From IMG/VR virus record IMGVR_UViG_3300011116_000523, positions 1-34,902 of that record: a stretch of 34,902 bases of DNA; one strand, written 5' to 3'. The DNA comes from a virus. Taxonomy: Duplodnaviria > Caudoviricetes. Shown here piece after piece: positions 24,750 through 33,159 of the stretch. Each line of letters begins with the position of its first letter. Position 1 is the first letter of the stretch. The notes under the pieces are model-generated. The model was not told where the DNA came from. It did no database searches and saw only the letters and a program-made list of their open reading frames with translations. The position numbers and the translations under genes were made by a program.

Positions 24750-25268
24750 TCAGTTCAGATAGAGCGTTGAACCGTCCGGGGCCGTCATGAGGACACCCAG
24801 GTCGTCGAAGATTTCTTCCGCAATCGTGACTGTTGCCGTCTCCTGGTCGATGCTGACCGAGGTGAACCCTTGCGCATTGACGATGACAGCGGACGCGTTG
24901 GTGATGCAGGCGAAGTTGAGAGCCGCGTTATTCGAGGCGCGCAGCGGCCGGTCGAAGTTGATGGCTTGGCCGATGGTGGTGTTCGCGGGCGCATAGCCGC
25001 GCCAAATCACCGTCGAGCCGTCCTTGACCACGACCTCGGTCGATGTCGAGGCATGCTTGTTGATGAACTGCAACGCCGTCAGATAATTGACGTTGCCAGC
25101 GCCTGCCGCAGCGACGAGCACGACGTCTGCCGTATCGAGAATGCCGCCCGACGCGCCGGCGTAGCTCCAGATCGTGGAAACAGGCTGGGACAGCGTGCCG
25201 GTGTCGTCCACCTGCAGCGGGATCCACGCCCCCGCCTTGTTCATCCCGTACATCTGCTGAATGGCCAA
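24750..25268 (-). CDS. putative capsid decoration protein (172 aa)
   Basis: TTG start with GGGAGAG RBS; beta-rich; immediately after the major capsid gene. Confidence 0.65.
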   Translation of the reverse strand: MAIQQMYGMNKAGAWIPLQVDDTGTLSQPVSTIWSYAGASGGILDTADVVLVAAAGAGNVNYLTALQFINKHASTSTEVVVKDGSTVIWRGYAPANTTIGQAINFDRPLRASNNAALNFACITNASAVIVNAQGFTSVSIDQETATVTIAEEIFDDLGVLMTAPDGSTLYLN

Positions 25269-25289
25269 GGTGTCTCTCCCTGAAGGTGA

Positions 25290-25311
25290 GGGCGGCAGTT
25301 GCCCGCCGCCC
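25290..25311 (-). terminator. GC-rich hairpin GGGCGGCGG-GCAA-CTGCCGCCC after the capsid gene (no U-tract)
   Basis: 9-bp stem with one G-U pair and a GNRA loop, just after the capsid stop. May be an attenuator or stabiliser rather than a full terminator. Confidence 0.55.
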
Positions 25312-25319
25312 GTCTTCCG

Positions 25320-26321
25320 TTAGCTGAGGTCCGCGACCACGGCGTTGCCGCGCTCTTCCTTGCACGCCAGCGTGACCTCTGCCTTGAGCAGGCGGCGCTC
25401 GGCGTGGCCGGTGCGGGCCAGCGGGATCGTGGTGAACGGCTGCAGGAACATCAGCTCCCAGGTGTTCGGCGTCAGGACGAGCGCCGTCTGCCCAGGATAG
25501 AGACCGTTCGTTGCCGAGCGGCCCGTGCCGGCGCCAACGAAGCGGTTCGGCACCACCTTGTGCTGGCCGAAGTCCGATTTGTAGATGTCGGCAGCGCCGT
25601 ACAGCATGATCTTGTTCTGATCGTTCACCTGGTTGAACTGGGTCGCGATACCGGTGAAGCCGGAGAAGGTCTGCTTCTTGGAGCCCGAGAGCATGATGGT
25701 GTCGGGCTCGCCGCCCGCGTCCCATGCGCTCTTGATGGCCGCCTTGAGCAGAGTTTCCGTGAACGTACGGCCGGTGCCATCTGTGGCCGCAACAGTCAGA
25801 CCGGTGCCGCTGTTGTAGCCGCCGCCCGAGCCGCCGGAACCGCGCGAGGCGTTGGTGGTGATCCACGACTCGACGCCGCCCAGCTGACCGGCGGTCGACG
25901 TGTTGCCGAGCACCGAGGCGTAGTTGCCGCAGAAGCGCATCTCCATGTCGCGCTTGAGCGCCTTGGCCGACTTCGCCACCTGGTACTTCAGCTCGTTGGC
26001 GCGGCCGGCGGCGTTGACGGCAATCGCGGTGTCGGACACCACGACCGTCTCGGCGAACAGCTGCACGACGTTCTTGAGGCGATCCGGCTGGCCAAGAGAT
26101 GCGCCGGTCGGGGCGTCGTCGCCTTCGATCGTCGCATTGGTCGGGGACGGATTGCGCAAGGTGTCACGCAGCCACTCGGGCGTACGCGTCGAGGCCTTGC
26201 CCTTGCGGCACATGGACGTGAACGGAACCTCGGTCGGCGCGATGTTGAAGATCACGTCCGACAGCTGCTCGCGGATACCGGTCTGCTGGAAGGTTTGCAG
26301 GGTGTTGGTAAGGATAGCCAT
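25320..26321 (-). CDS. major capsid protein (SU10/DUF5309-type)
   Basis: G.REQLSD.I.NIAPTE.PF, EW..D.L, EGDD, N..Q.F, ELKYQ.AK...LKRDME and Y.SDFG...VVPNRF. Confidence 0.92.
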   Translation of the reverse strand: MAILTNTLQTFQQTGIREQLSDVIFNIAPTEVPFTSMCRKGKASTRTPEWLRDTLRNPSPTNATIEGDDAPTGASLGQPDRLKNVVQLFAETVVVSDTAIAVNAAGRANELKYQVAKSAKALKRDMEMRFCGNYASVLGNTSTAGQLGGVESWITTNASRGSGGSGGGYNSGTGLTVAATDGTGRTFTETLLKAAIKSAWDAGGEPDTIMLSGSKKQTFSGFTGIATQFNQVNDQNKIMLYGAADIYKSDFGQHKVVPNRFVGAGTGRSATNGLYPGQTALVLTPNTWELMFLQPFTTIPLARTGHAERRLLKAEVTLACKEERGNAVVADLS

Positions 26322-26332
26322 CTGTTAGCTCG

Positions 26333-27364
26333 CTAGAGGAGCCCGTCGAGTGCCGCTGCGGCATCTTCGATCGAGCCGGATTGCTGCAACCGCTGGAGGC
26401 CTTGGGCCGAGCGGCGGGTGGCAGGCGATCCAACGTCACGAGCAGCTCCTCTCACGAGCTTGGGCTTCGACCTTACGACCTTGACGGCCGCCTCTTTGGC
26501 CTTCTGCCCACGCCGATAAGCCAGCGCGTCCTTGATGATCGCATACGCGGAACTGTCGGTGATCGATTCGAGCTTGGCTCGAGACCACCCATACTGCCCG
26601 TAATACTGGTCCAGCTCGTCGCGAACGCGCGCGGCCTCTCTGCTGTCCGTCAGTACCTCGGGCCAAATCTTGCCGAGCTTGGAGCGCTCACGGGCGCGAT
26701 AGGCGGCATCGACTGCGGCCGTCTCGGCGTTCTGCTGCGCTTGAAGCTGGGCGTAATCGGATTGAATGCGGTTGAGCGCTTCCTGCTGCTGGCGGGCGAA
26801 CGCGCGCTGGCGATTGTAGAGCGCCGGATCGTAGTTGCGGCTCTCGGGATCGATCAGGCTCTCGTCGGGCTCGCGCGGGGTCAGCATCTGCGCGTAGGTC
26901 TGCATGGCCTGCATCAGCTGGCCGCGCACCTGCACCGTCTTGAACATCTCGCGGTCGAACTCTTCCGGCGGCGGCACGCCCTTGCGCATCTCGGCAATGT
27001 CGGCCTCGAGCTGCTGCGCACGCTGAGCGCGCTCCCAGACCTCGGACGCTTTCAGCCGCTCCTTGACCGGCTTGCCGTCCTTCTCGATCTCGATCTCGAA
27101 GAACTCGTCATCGACGGGGCTCGCCTCTTCCTCGACCGGCGGCTCGTCGGGGTCGGCCGTCTTGGCATTGGAGCGGGCGCGGGCCAGTTCGTTTGCGGCC
27201 TCCTGCTCTTCGGTCCAGCGGCCGTTCGGCTCGCGCGGCTGGCGCGCATGCGCGGGCTGTTGGCCCTCGTTCTGCACCACATCCTGGGCATCGAGATCGG
27301 GCATGGCCAACGCTGCATCAGCGAGCGAGCCATCTCCGCTTCCGACAGACGCCAAATCAGACAT
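26333..27364 (-). CDS. scaffolding protein
   Basis: Acidic N-terminus, coiled coil, C-terminal RLQQSGSIEDAAAAL; lies between portal and capsid. Confidence 0.85.
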   Translation of the reverse strand: MSDLASVGSGDGSLADAALAMPDLDAQDVVQNEGQQPAHARQPREPNGRWTEEQEAANELARARSNAKTADPDEPPVEEEASPVDDEFFEIEIEKDGKPVKERLKASEVWERAQRAQQLEADIAEMRKGVPPPEEFDREMFKTVQVRGQLMQAMQTYAQMLTPREPDESLIDPESRNYDPALYNRQRAFARQQQEALNRIQSDYAQLQAQQNAETAAVDAAYRARERSKLGKIWPEVLTDSREAARVRDELDQYYGQYGWSRAKLESITDSSAYAIIKDALAYRRGQKAKEAAVKVVRSKPKLVRGAARDVGSPATRRSAQGLQRLQQSGSIEDAAAALDGLL

Positions 27365-27668
27365 TCAGGTTCTCCCGCTGTTTGCTCAGTTCCGTGAGTT
27401 TTTGGGTCGTGTAGGTGACTGCGTGTGCCTTGCTGCGGATGAAACCGCGCAGTTCCTGCCAGCATTTCAGCGTCAGCCCGGCGGTGCGCAGGGCCTCGAC
27501 GTCGGATGTGGCGGCTGCCGCGGCGATGCGCTGGACGTGGCTTTGCTCAACCGCGTCGAACCATTCAACGACATCAGGCTCCAGCAGGGCGCTGAGCTTC
27601 TCGCCCACGGTCCTGCTGGCCATCAGGCGGTCAGCCCTGGCCATGATCTCGGCTGGAGATTGCTTCAT
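27357..27668 (-). CDS. small helical protein between portal and scaffold
   Basis: ATGA overlap with the portal; conserved position. Confidence 0.75.
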   Translation of the reverse strand: MKQSPAEIMARADRLMASRTVGEKLSALLEPDVVEWFDAVEQSHVQRIAAAAATSDVEALRTAGLTLKCWQELRGFIRSKAHAVTYTTQKLTELSKQRENLNV

Positions 27669-30067
27669 GCGTCGAGGCGGCCCCCTGGCCGGTCACTGGG
27701 CAGGTTCACGTCGCGCGTGCTTTGCATGCGGGCTTGGTGCTCGAGCTCCATGCTGACTTTCCAGCGCGCCAGTTCCATCTCGGCGGCCAGGCGCTGCTCG
27801 GCGATGGCGGCTTCCGTGCGCATGCGCATTTCTGCGATCTGCCGCTCCGTTTCCGCCTTGATCATCGCGGCCTGCTTGTCGGTCTCGGCCTTGGCTGCGG
27901 CCAGCTGCTGCTGAATGCCCAAATCCTGCGAGGCCAACTGCTGCTTGCCTTGGAGCTCCATCTGCTGAAGCTGCATCTGGCCTTTCAGCTTGGCTTGCTC
28001 GATCTGGCCTTTTTGCTGCATGTCGGCCTGTGCCAGTTGCAGCTTGGCCTTGGCTTCCTCGGCCTTCGGGTCGGCTTGCGGGGCCGGTTGCCAGCCCTCG
28101 GGGATTTCGCCGAAGAACCGAGACGGGTCTTTGAAACCCATCACCGAGACCATCTCGGCGCAGGTGTTGCGATAGTGATCGAACGTGACAAGAGGGCTTT
28201 GGCCCATCTTGAGCAGGATCTGCTCCTGCGTTCCTTTGATCAGGTTGAGATAGTTGAGCTTCTTCTCGCGGCTCTCGCCGACCATGCCGACATGGACGCG
28301 GACGGCCATCTCGTCAGACCAGCGGCGCGGATCGACCGACAGCCGCTTGCCGCCGATCTTGACGATGCGCGGGCAGTCCTGGTGCCGGATGACAAGGCGC
28401 AGCAGCTTGCCGAACACCTCCTCGAAGAAGTCCGCGGCCCATCGCGCCACCTGCTCGACGCGTTCGTTAGCGGCCGAGCGCAGATCGTCCAACCCCTTCG
28501 CCGTATCCGTGATGGCGTTGGCGTTGGCGCCGCCCATAATGCGGGTTTTCGAAACGCCCGAGGCTTCCTCGCTGCGGCGGTCCCAGTATTCGATGGCTTG
28601 GAACGCCATGCCGGAGACGTCCGGCGTCTGCAGTTCGCGAACGACCGCGTTCGGATCGCCCGAGACCGGGATCACGTCGCCGACATCGTGATCCAGCAGG
28701 CGATCAATCAGGGTCGGGTCGGCAGCGGCGGCCTGGGCATTGATCAACGTCCGCGGCGCCAACGAGCGCGACAGGCTGTCCAGAGACAGGCTGTCCAGAG
28801 ACCGGCGCGTCAGTGCTGTGCGGATCTTCTGGATATCCATCAGCGGATCGGCAAGCGAGCGACCGATAGCGCGATGGCTGACGCGGAACGGCGACCAGAT
28901 CGAAATTTCGCTTTCCTCGACGCGGTCGTTCTCGAGGATCGTGTCACCGACGCGGCGAATGCGGCGCAATTCAACCACGCCGTCGCCGTCCTGATCGATG
29001 CGGATGAACTCGATGTTTTCCCACACCTTGCGGCGCTGGGGATCATAGTGCGAGGCGCGTTGTCCCGTGGTCGGCTCGTCGGGGAAGCGGGCCAGCACAC
29101 GCGGATCGGTGTCGGTCAGAACGTCGTCGGCTTTGACGCTGGCAAAGTTCTCGGGGTCCAGTTCATAGGCGCGGTCGGGGAACTCGCCGACGACGTTGGC
29201 GATGAACACCTCGCGCTTCCAGCAATGGTAATCGGCCTCAAAGATGGAGCGCGCACGGCGCGAGATGCGGAACTCTTCGGGCGGGATCACCTGAGCGCGT
29301 GCGCGGCCGCACTTGGGCACGTACTGGACTTTCAGCGTCCAGGTCGGCTCGACCGGCTCGTCCGGCTGCTCGTCCTGTTTCGGCTGCGCCATGGGCTTCA
29401 ACTGGCCCGGCGTGGCGCTCTCGTCGCCCTCGGCTGGCGCTTCGGCGTGCGCCTCGATCTCCTCCGACTCTTCGGCGTATTCGCTTTCCTCGCGCTCCTC
29501 GTCGGCCGTGTCGCCAGTCACGCTCTGGGCAAGGATGACGTATTCCGGGTCCTGCACGTAGCGGATGAGCTGCTCGGCGGTAACGCCTTCGATGATCTCA
29601 GGCGCGGACGGGACGGGATCTTCCCAATACGTGTGAATGAGGCCCGTGCGCTGCAGCAGGCCGTCGAAGATCGAGTCGTGGATCAGCTTGGCGCCGGCAT
29701 TGTCCGACCAGATCACGTGCCGCAGGAACTGGCCCGCAATCTTGGCCTGCTCGTCGTCGTCGCACTTCTCGTCCTCGATGCTGAGCAGTTCGTCCGAGTT
29801 GGCGAACGTGCGCATCAAGGCCGGCATGATCCAGTTGATCGCGTCCTCGATGTCGTGCGTGACGACGGAAGACCGGTTCGGAAGCTCGGAGCCATCCCCA
29901 TAGGGCTTCGCGTAATAGCGGTCCATCGCGTTGGCCTGGTCGATGGCCAACTCGCTCGCGTAATACGACGCCGAATCTACTTCCTCCTCTTTCAAGAGGC
30001 GAAGCAGTTCTTCGTTGGAGAGGGGGACGGGATTGTAGGGGTTTGGAATGATATTGCTCGTTTGCAC
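27665..30067 (-). CDS. portal protein (800 aa)
   Basis: RSSVV..D..D.I.WIMP.LMRTF, D.LLQ.TG, IPPEEF.IS, GRSLAD.LMDIQ.I.T.L.R; long Gln/Ala coiled-coil C-terminus; GTG start. Confidence 0.92.
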   Translation of the reverse strand: MQTSNIIPNPYNPVPLSNEELLRLLKEEEVDSASYYASELAIDQANAMDRYYAKPYGDGSELPNRSSVVTHDIEDAINWIMPALMRTFANSDELLSIEDEKCDDDEQAKIAGQFLRHVIWSDNAGAKLIHDSIFDGLLQRTGLIHTYWEDPVPSAPEIIEGVTAEQLIRYVQDPEYVILAQSVTGDTADEEREESEYAEESEEIEAHAEAPAEGDESATPGQLKPMAQPKQDEQPDEPVEPTWTLKVQYVPKCGRARAQVIPPEEFRISRRARSIFEADYHCWKREVFIANVVGEFPDRAYELDPENFASVKADDVLTDTDPRVLARFPDEPTTGQRASHYDPQRRKVWENIEFIRIDQDGDGVVELRRIRRVGDTILENDRVEESEISIWSPFRVSHRAIGRSLADPLMDIQKIRTALTRRSLDSLSLDSLSRSLAPRTLINAQAAAADPTLIDRLLDHDVGDVIPVSGDPNAVVRELQTPDVSGMAFQAIEYWDRRSEEASGVSKTRIMGGANANAITDTAKGLDDLRSAANERVEQVARWAADFFEEVFGKLLRLVIRHQDCPRIVKIGGKRLSVDPRRWSDEMAVRVHVGMVGESREKKLNYLNLIKGTQEQILLKMGQSPLVTFDHYRNTCAEMVSVMGFKDPSRFFGEIPEGWQPAPQADPKAEEAKAKLQLAQADMQQKGQIEQAKLKGQMQLQQMELQGKQQLASQDLGIQQQLAAAKAETDKQAAMIKAETERQIAEMRMRTEAAIAEQRLAAEMELARWKVSMELEHQARMQSTRDVNLPSDRPGGRLDA
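28770..28799. repeat. 15-bp perfect tandem duplication GACAGGCTGTCCAGA x2 in the portal gene
   Basis: Gives an in-frame SLDSL-SLDSL duplication. Confidence 0.9.
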
Positions 30068-30120
30068 CTGAGTGGTTTGATACTCACTCGGGAAAACGCG
30101 ATACCGATTAGAAAACTATT

Positions 30121-30933
30121 CTAGACCGTCATCCCCACGCGGGCGCGGCCGGGCGTGTAGACTTGGGCCGATGGCTGCATGATCGCGAACCGGCGCATCA
30201 TCACGGCGTAGCGTGTGGCGCTCATCAGGTCGTCGATCAGCTTCACGATCAAGCCGTCCTTGCGATGGTACAGGCGGAACTCCTCGAACCACTCTTCATT
30301 GCCGGCGAAGACCTTGAACCGGTCCGTCTGCATGCGCTCGAGCATCTCTGTGATGCCGGCCTCAACGCCGTTTGATCCGTCTTCGTGCGTGGCGCGCTCT
30401 TCCAGCATGTTGAGGCCGTGCGAGCGGTACTGAGCGGCGAGCGTCTCGCCGGATTGCTTGTCGCGCTCGAGACCGTCATGCGGCCAAGCGATCGGTATCC
30501 AAGATCCCCAGGCTTTGACCGCTTGCGCGTGAAACACCGGGCTGCCGGTCCACACGCCGTCTTTGTGCTCACCTTTCTGCCGGTAGGTGTGCGTTACGTA
30601 CAGGCAGTCTGCGTCTCGATCCCAGGCCAAGCGAACTGCGGCGAACGGATGGTCAACACCGAAGTCCAAGCCGCCGATCTGCACCCAATGCTTGGGGATC
30701 GGCCGCGGCTCGATCTTGATCAGGTCTTCCGAGATCGGGAACACACGCCCCGAACCCATCGTCGGGATGCCTTTGGTCCTCGCTTCCCGTTCGTGCGCCG
30801 GGTAACTGGCAATGATGCGCTCGCGCTCTTCAAGGGTGAAGTGCTCAGCGTCATCTATGGTCGCGACGACGATGCCGCGATCCGGATGCACATGCTTGAT
30901 GAGTGACGATGCGTTAGGCTGCGCTGCCTGCAC
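30121..30933 (-). CDS. terL: terminase large subunit, C-terminal part (end of ATPase region + RNase H-like nuclease)
   Basis: PDR..V.ATIDDAEH, YPAHEREAR.KGIP.MGSG, GGLDFG.DHP, AWPHDG and DDLMSATRY. The start codon is uncertain (GTG 30933 or GTG 30891). Confidence 0.85.
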   Translation of the reverse strand: MQAAQPNASSLIKHVHPDRGIVVATIDDAEHFTLEERERIIASYPAHEREARTKGIPTMGSGRVFPISEDLIKIEPRPIPKHWVQIGGLDFGVDHPFAAVRLAWDRDADCLYVTHTYRQKGEHKDGVWTGSPVFHAQAVKAWGSWIPIAWPHDGLERDKQSGETLAAQYRSHGLNMLEERATHEDGSNGVEAGITEMLERMQTDRFKVFAGNEEWFEEFRLYHRKDGLIVKLIDDLMSATRYAVMMRRFAIMQPSAQVYTPGRARVGMTV

Positions 30934-31456
30934 GCTGTTTCCCGTTTACGATCCTGCTGACTTGGGCAACAGAAATATCGAACTGATTAGCCAAGTCTTG
31001 CATAGTGACAGTCGCGCCGACGTAGCGTGCGCCACCGATTTGATAGAGCCTAACAAGTTCTGCGGCCTGCTGATCCGACAGCTTGGCCGAATACGCCTTC
31101 TCGCCCTTGACGTACGTTCCGTGCGCGATCCGATCGGCTTGGTTTTCCTTGGCCGTTGCCCATCGGAGGTTTGACCGATGGTTGTTGGTGCGCACGCCGT
31201 CATTGTGGGCGACTTCGTGAGCCTCAGACGGTTGCTTCCCTAGCCAAGTCAGCGCAACCAATCGGTGAGCTAGGACTGTTCGCTCTCCCTGCGGACCTGC
31301 AAGCGTGTAGACTAGGTATCCCCGCGCATGTCGTTTCGGTTTTAGTTCGTAACCGATTGGATACCGCCGCCCGCCTTGCGTCAGCCTACGTACGCGCCCG
31401 CATTCGGACACCTCGTAGTCTGGGAACCCCGCTGCCTGTTTCCAATCACTGGCCAT
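30914..31456 (-). CDS. NUMOD4-HNH homing endonuclease inserted in terL
   Basis: WK....FPDYEVSECGRVR, AHRLVA, VAHNDGVRTNNHRSNLRWAT.KEN and a C-terminal HTH. Confidence 0.92.
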   Translation of the reverse strand: MASDWKQAAGFPDYEVSECGRVRRLTQGGRRYPIGYELKPKRHARGYLVYTLAGPQGERTVLAHRLVALTWLGKQPSEAHEVAHNDGVRTNNHRSNLRWATAKENQADRIAHGTYVKGEKAYSAKLSDQQAAELVRLYQIGGARYVGATVTMQDLANQFDISVAQVSRIVNGKQRAGSAA

Positions 31457-32147
31457 ACAGGAACCTTAGCACGACCTCTGACATACCTTGGAGCGGCGTG
31501 AACGTCATATACACAATTCCGCGCGTCTCGTTGGTTCGTGTCAGCCCCTCGGTGTAAATGTCCATGGGCGGCTCTTCATCCAGCCAAAGAACGTGAAGAG
31601 CTGTTCCCTGCCATTTCTCCCGGCCGCGTTCGTAGCTCTTGAACTGCAGCGTCGAGAACCCGCCCGACGCATGCTTGACCGAGACCGTATCAATCGCATC
31701 GGCCATGCCGCGCGCCATCGATGGGTCGTCGGGCATCGCGTCTGCGGGGATCATCCCCGTGCCCCAGTCCTCGCGCCGTTTCGGCGGCCCGATCAGCTTG
31801 TCTTGGACAACGTCGCGGGTGGACTCACTGGTTACGCCGGCCGCCCAAGCGTTGATCGGATGATCGAACCTCTTTCCCTGCCACCAATCCGGGTATTTGC
31901 CAGTCAGGTGGATTGCCATCTCAGCAGCCCCGCATTGGGTCTTGCCAAAACGGTTGGATGCCATCAGGAGGCGTTCGCGTTTGATCGCCCCCATCGCATG
32001 GAACTCTCGCTGCTTAGTGTACGGGCGATAGGTCCGCAGCCGGTTGCGCGCGGCTCGCTTCGCCTGTTCCTGCTCCAGCAAGCGCAGGAGCGACGGTATC
32101 CGCGAGGGCTCGCAGGGCAGCGAGGACAGCGGTAAGCTCATCGTCAC
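31446..32147 (-). CDS. terL: terminase large subunit, N-terminal ATPase part (P22-like)
   Basis: YTKQREFH (adenine binding), ASNRFGKT (Walker A), LWLDEEPP (Walker B), TFTP (coupling motif); ends at TGA 31446-31448. Confidence 0.9.
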   Translation of the reverse strand: MTMSLPLSSLPCEPSRIPSLLRLLEQEQAKRAARNRLRTYRPYTKQREFHAMGAIKRERLLMASNRFGKTQCGAAEMAIHLTGKYPDWWQGKRFDHPINAWAAGVTSESTRDVVQDKLIGPPKRREDWGTGMIPADAMPDDPSMARGMADAIDTVSVKHASGGFSTLQFKSYERGREKWQGTALHVLWLDEEPPMDIYTEGLTRTNETRGIVYMTFTPLQGMSEVVLRFLYGQ

Positions 32148-32433
32148 TCATGTCCCCGAGGGCGTTCGTGTTGACGTTCAGTTCCTTCGGCAGAATGGAT
32201 GCGATCACCTTGAGGTAGGCGTCCGGCTTCTCTTCGCGGACGCGCACGATCGCTGCAGGGCCGTGCTGGTTGAAATCCTGCTGCAGCGCCTGAACGAATT
32301 CCTCGCCGAGCTTGTTGCGAGAACCTTTGGTGCGGCCATTGGGATTGAGGACTTGCCCGGGCTTAATGCGGGTTGCGAAGTCGGCGCGTTGGCCCGTTTC
32401 TTGCCCTTTAGGTGAAGGGGTTTCGCTCAACAT
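32014..32433 (-). CDS. terS: terminase small subunit
   Basis: KPGQ..NPNGR.KGSRNKL, EKPDAYLKV.A.ILPKE and MSDDEL; directly upstream of and overlapping terL. Confidence 0.8.
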   Translation of the reverse strand: MLSETPSPKGQETGQRADFATRIKPGQVLNPNGRTKGSRNKLGEEFVQALQQDFNQHGPAAIVRVREEKPDAYLKVIASILPKELNVNTNALGDMSDDELTAVLAALRALADTVAPALAGAGTGEASRAQPAADLSPVH

Positions 32434-32488
32434 GGTTGCTTCTGCATTTCACGTGAAACAGTTTGCGGAGTGTTCGTGTTCTGACCCC

Positions 32489-32734
32489 ATGGACCTGGAA
32501 GAGATCGTCAGGGTGGTTTTGGGATCAGAAGAACTGGCGGTTGTCGTCAGGGAAGTCGTGCGGGAATGCCTGGACGAGTGCGGTGTCGAAGTGGTTGCCG
32601 ATCGAGATGACGTGCACTTGGGAGATGGGAGAGTGCTTGGCGTCGGGGATCGGGCGAGTGTGTCGTTGGAAGTGGCGGGGTTACTCGAGCGAAGAGGAAT
32701 GGCGAGGCGGGTGTGGGTGCTAGGGACGGATTGA
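32489..32734 (+). CDS. antisense hypothetical protein (81 aa), similar to part of 23139..23543
   Basis: Fills a ~290-nt gap with no minus-strand ORF in the track. DVHLGDGRVLGVGDRASVSLEVAGLLERRGMA resembles DVHTGEEHRTVGYRKGEEAEIPRDVADVLASRDMA. Confidence 0.55.
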   Translation: MDLEEIVRVVLGSEELAVVVREVVRECLDECGVEVVADRDDVHLGDGRVLGVGDRASVSLEVAGLLERRGMARRVWVLGTD

Positions 32735-32926
32735 AAGCACCTTGCGCGTGCTGCCGTCTTCCATCTTTTGTTCTTTCACATGGTACTTGTAGTGAATGCG
32801 CCGGTGATGCGGCAGGTGACTTGTTTCCGGCGTTGGCACGGAATGGGAAAACCCAACCGGGAACGGCGTAAGATCAATTGTTTTTCCCGCCATCGGGCCG
32901 TCTATGACATTGCAATCACTGCTCAT
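32720..32926 (-). CDS. hypothetical protein (68 aa from ATG 32926)
   Basis: ATGA overlap with the upstream gene; IDGPMAGK motif common in small phage proteins. Confidence 0.6.
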   Translation of the reverse strand: MSSDCNVIDGPMAGKTIDLTPFPVGFSHSVPTPETSHLPHHRRIHYKYHVKEQKMEDGSTRKVLSIRP

Positions 32927-33159
32927 GCTGACCTCTGCCATGTTGCGAGGTCGTCGTGTCCGCCGATCTTGGTCCACTCTCCGTAAACGGGAAGGTCTTT
33001 CGCGTTGCAGGTGGTAAGCGTGCCAATGGGAAGCTCGATTATCGGCGGGTTGAGGATGTCCTGCACGACCTTGATCATCTTCTCGCGAGACATGGCACCA
33101 TCGCCGGCTTGGGCCTGCTGGAACAGGGCGTCGACGATGGTTTCTGCGAGGTCTGACAT
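32923..33159 (-). CDS. hypothetical protein (78 aa)
   Basis: TGATG coupling to the upstream gene. Confidence 0.65.
   Translation of the reverse strand: MSDLAETIVDALFQQAQAGDGAMSREKMIKVVQDILNPPIIELPIGTLTTCNAKDLPVYGEWTKIGGHDDLATWQRSA

Noticed and set aside
27722-30124. 800-aa plus-strand ORF
   Set aside because: Antisense shadow of the portal gene caused by high-GC codon bias; no protein-like motifs.
30200-30240. DDLMS in TerL-C as another DLM tag
   Set aside because: It is the conserved catalytic Asp motif of the terminase nuclease domain, so probably coincidental.
30914-31456. Classical group I intron or intein in terL
   Set aside because: The HNH ORF overlaps both terL halves, leaving no non-coding core; it is out of frame and lacks intein C/S...HN termini. 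Not fully excluded without a covariance search.
32014-32147. terS/terL overlap as a programmed frameshift
   Set aside because: No slippery heptamer seen; such overlaps are common in terminase gene pairs.
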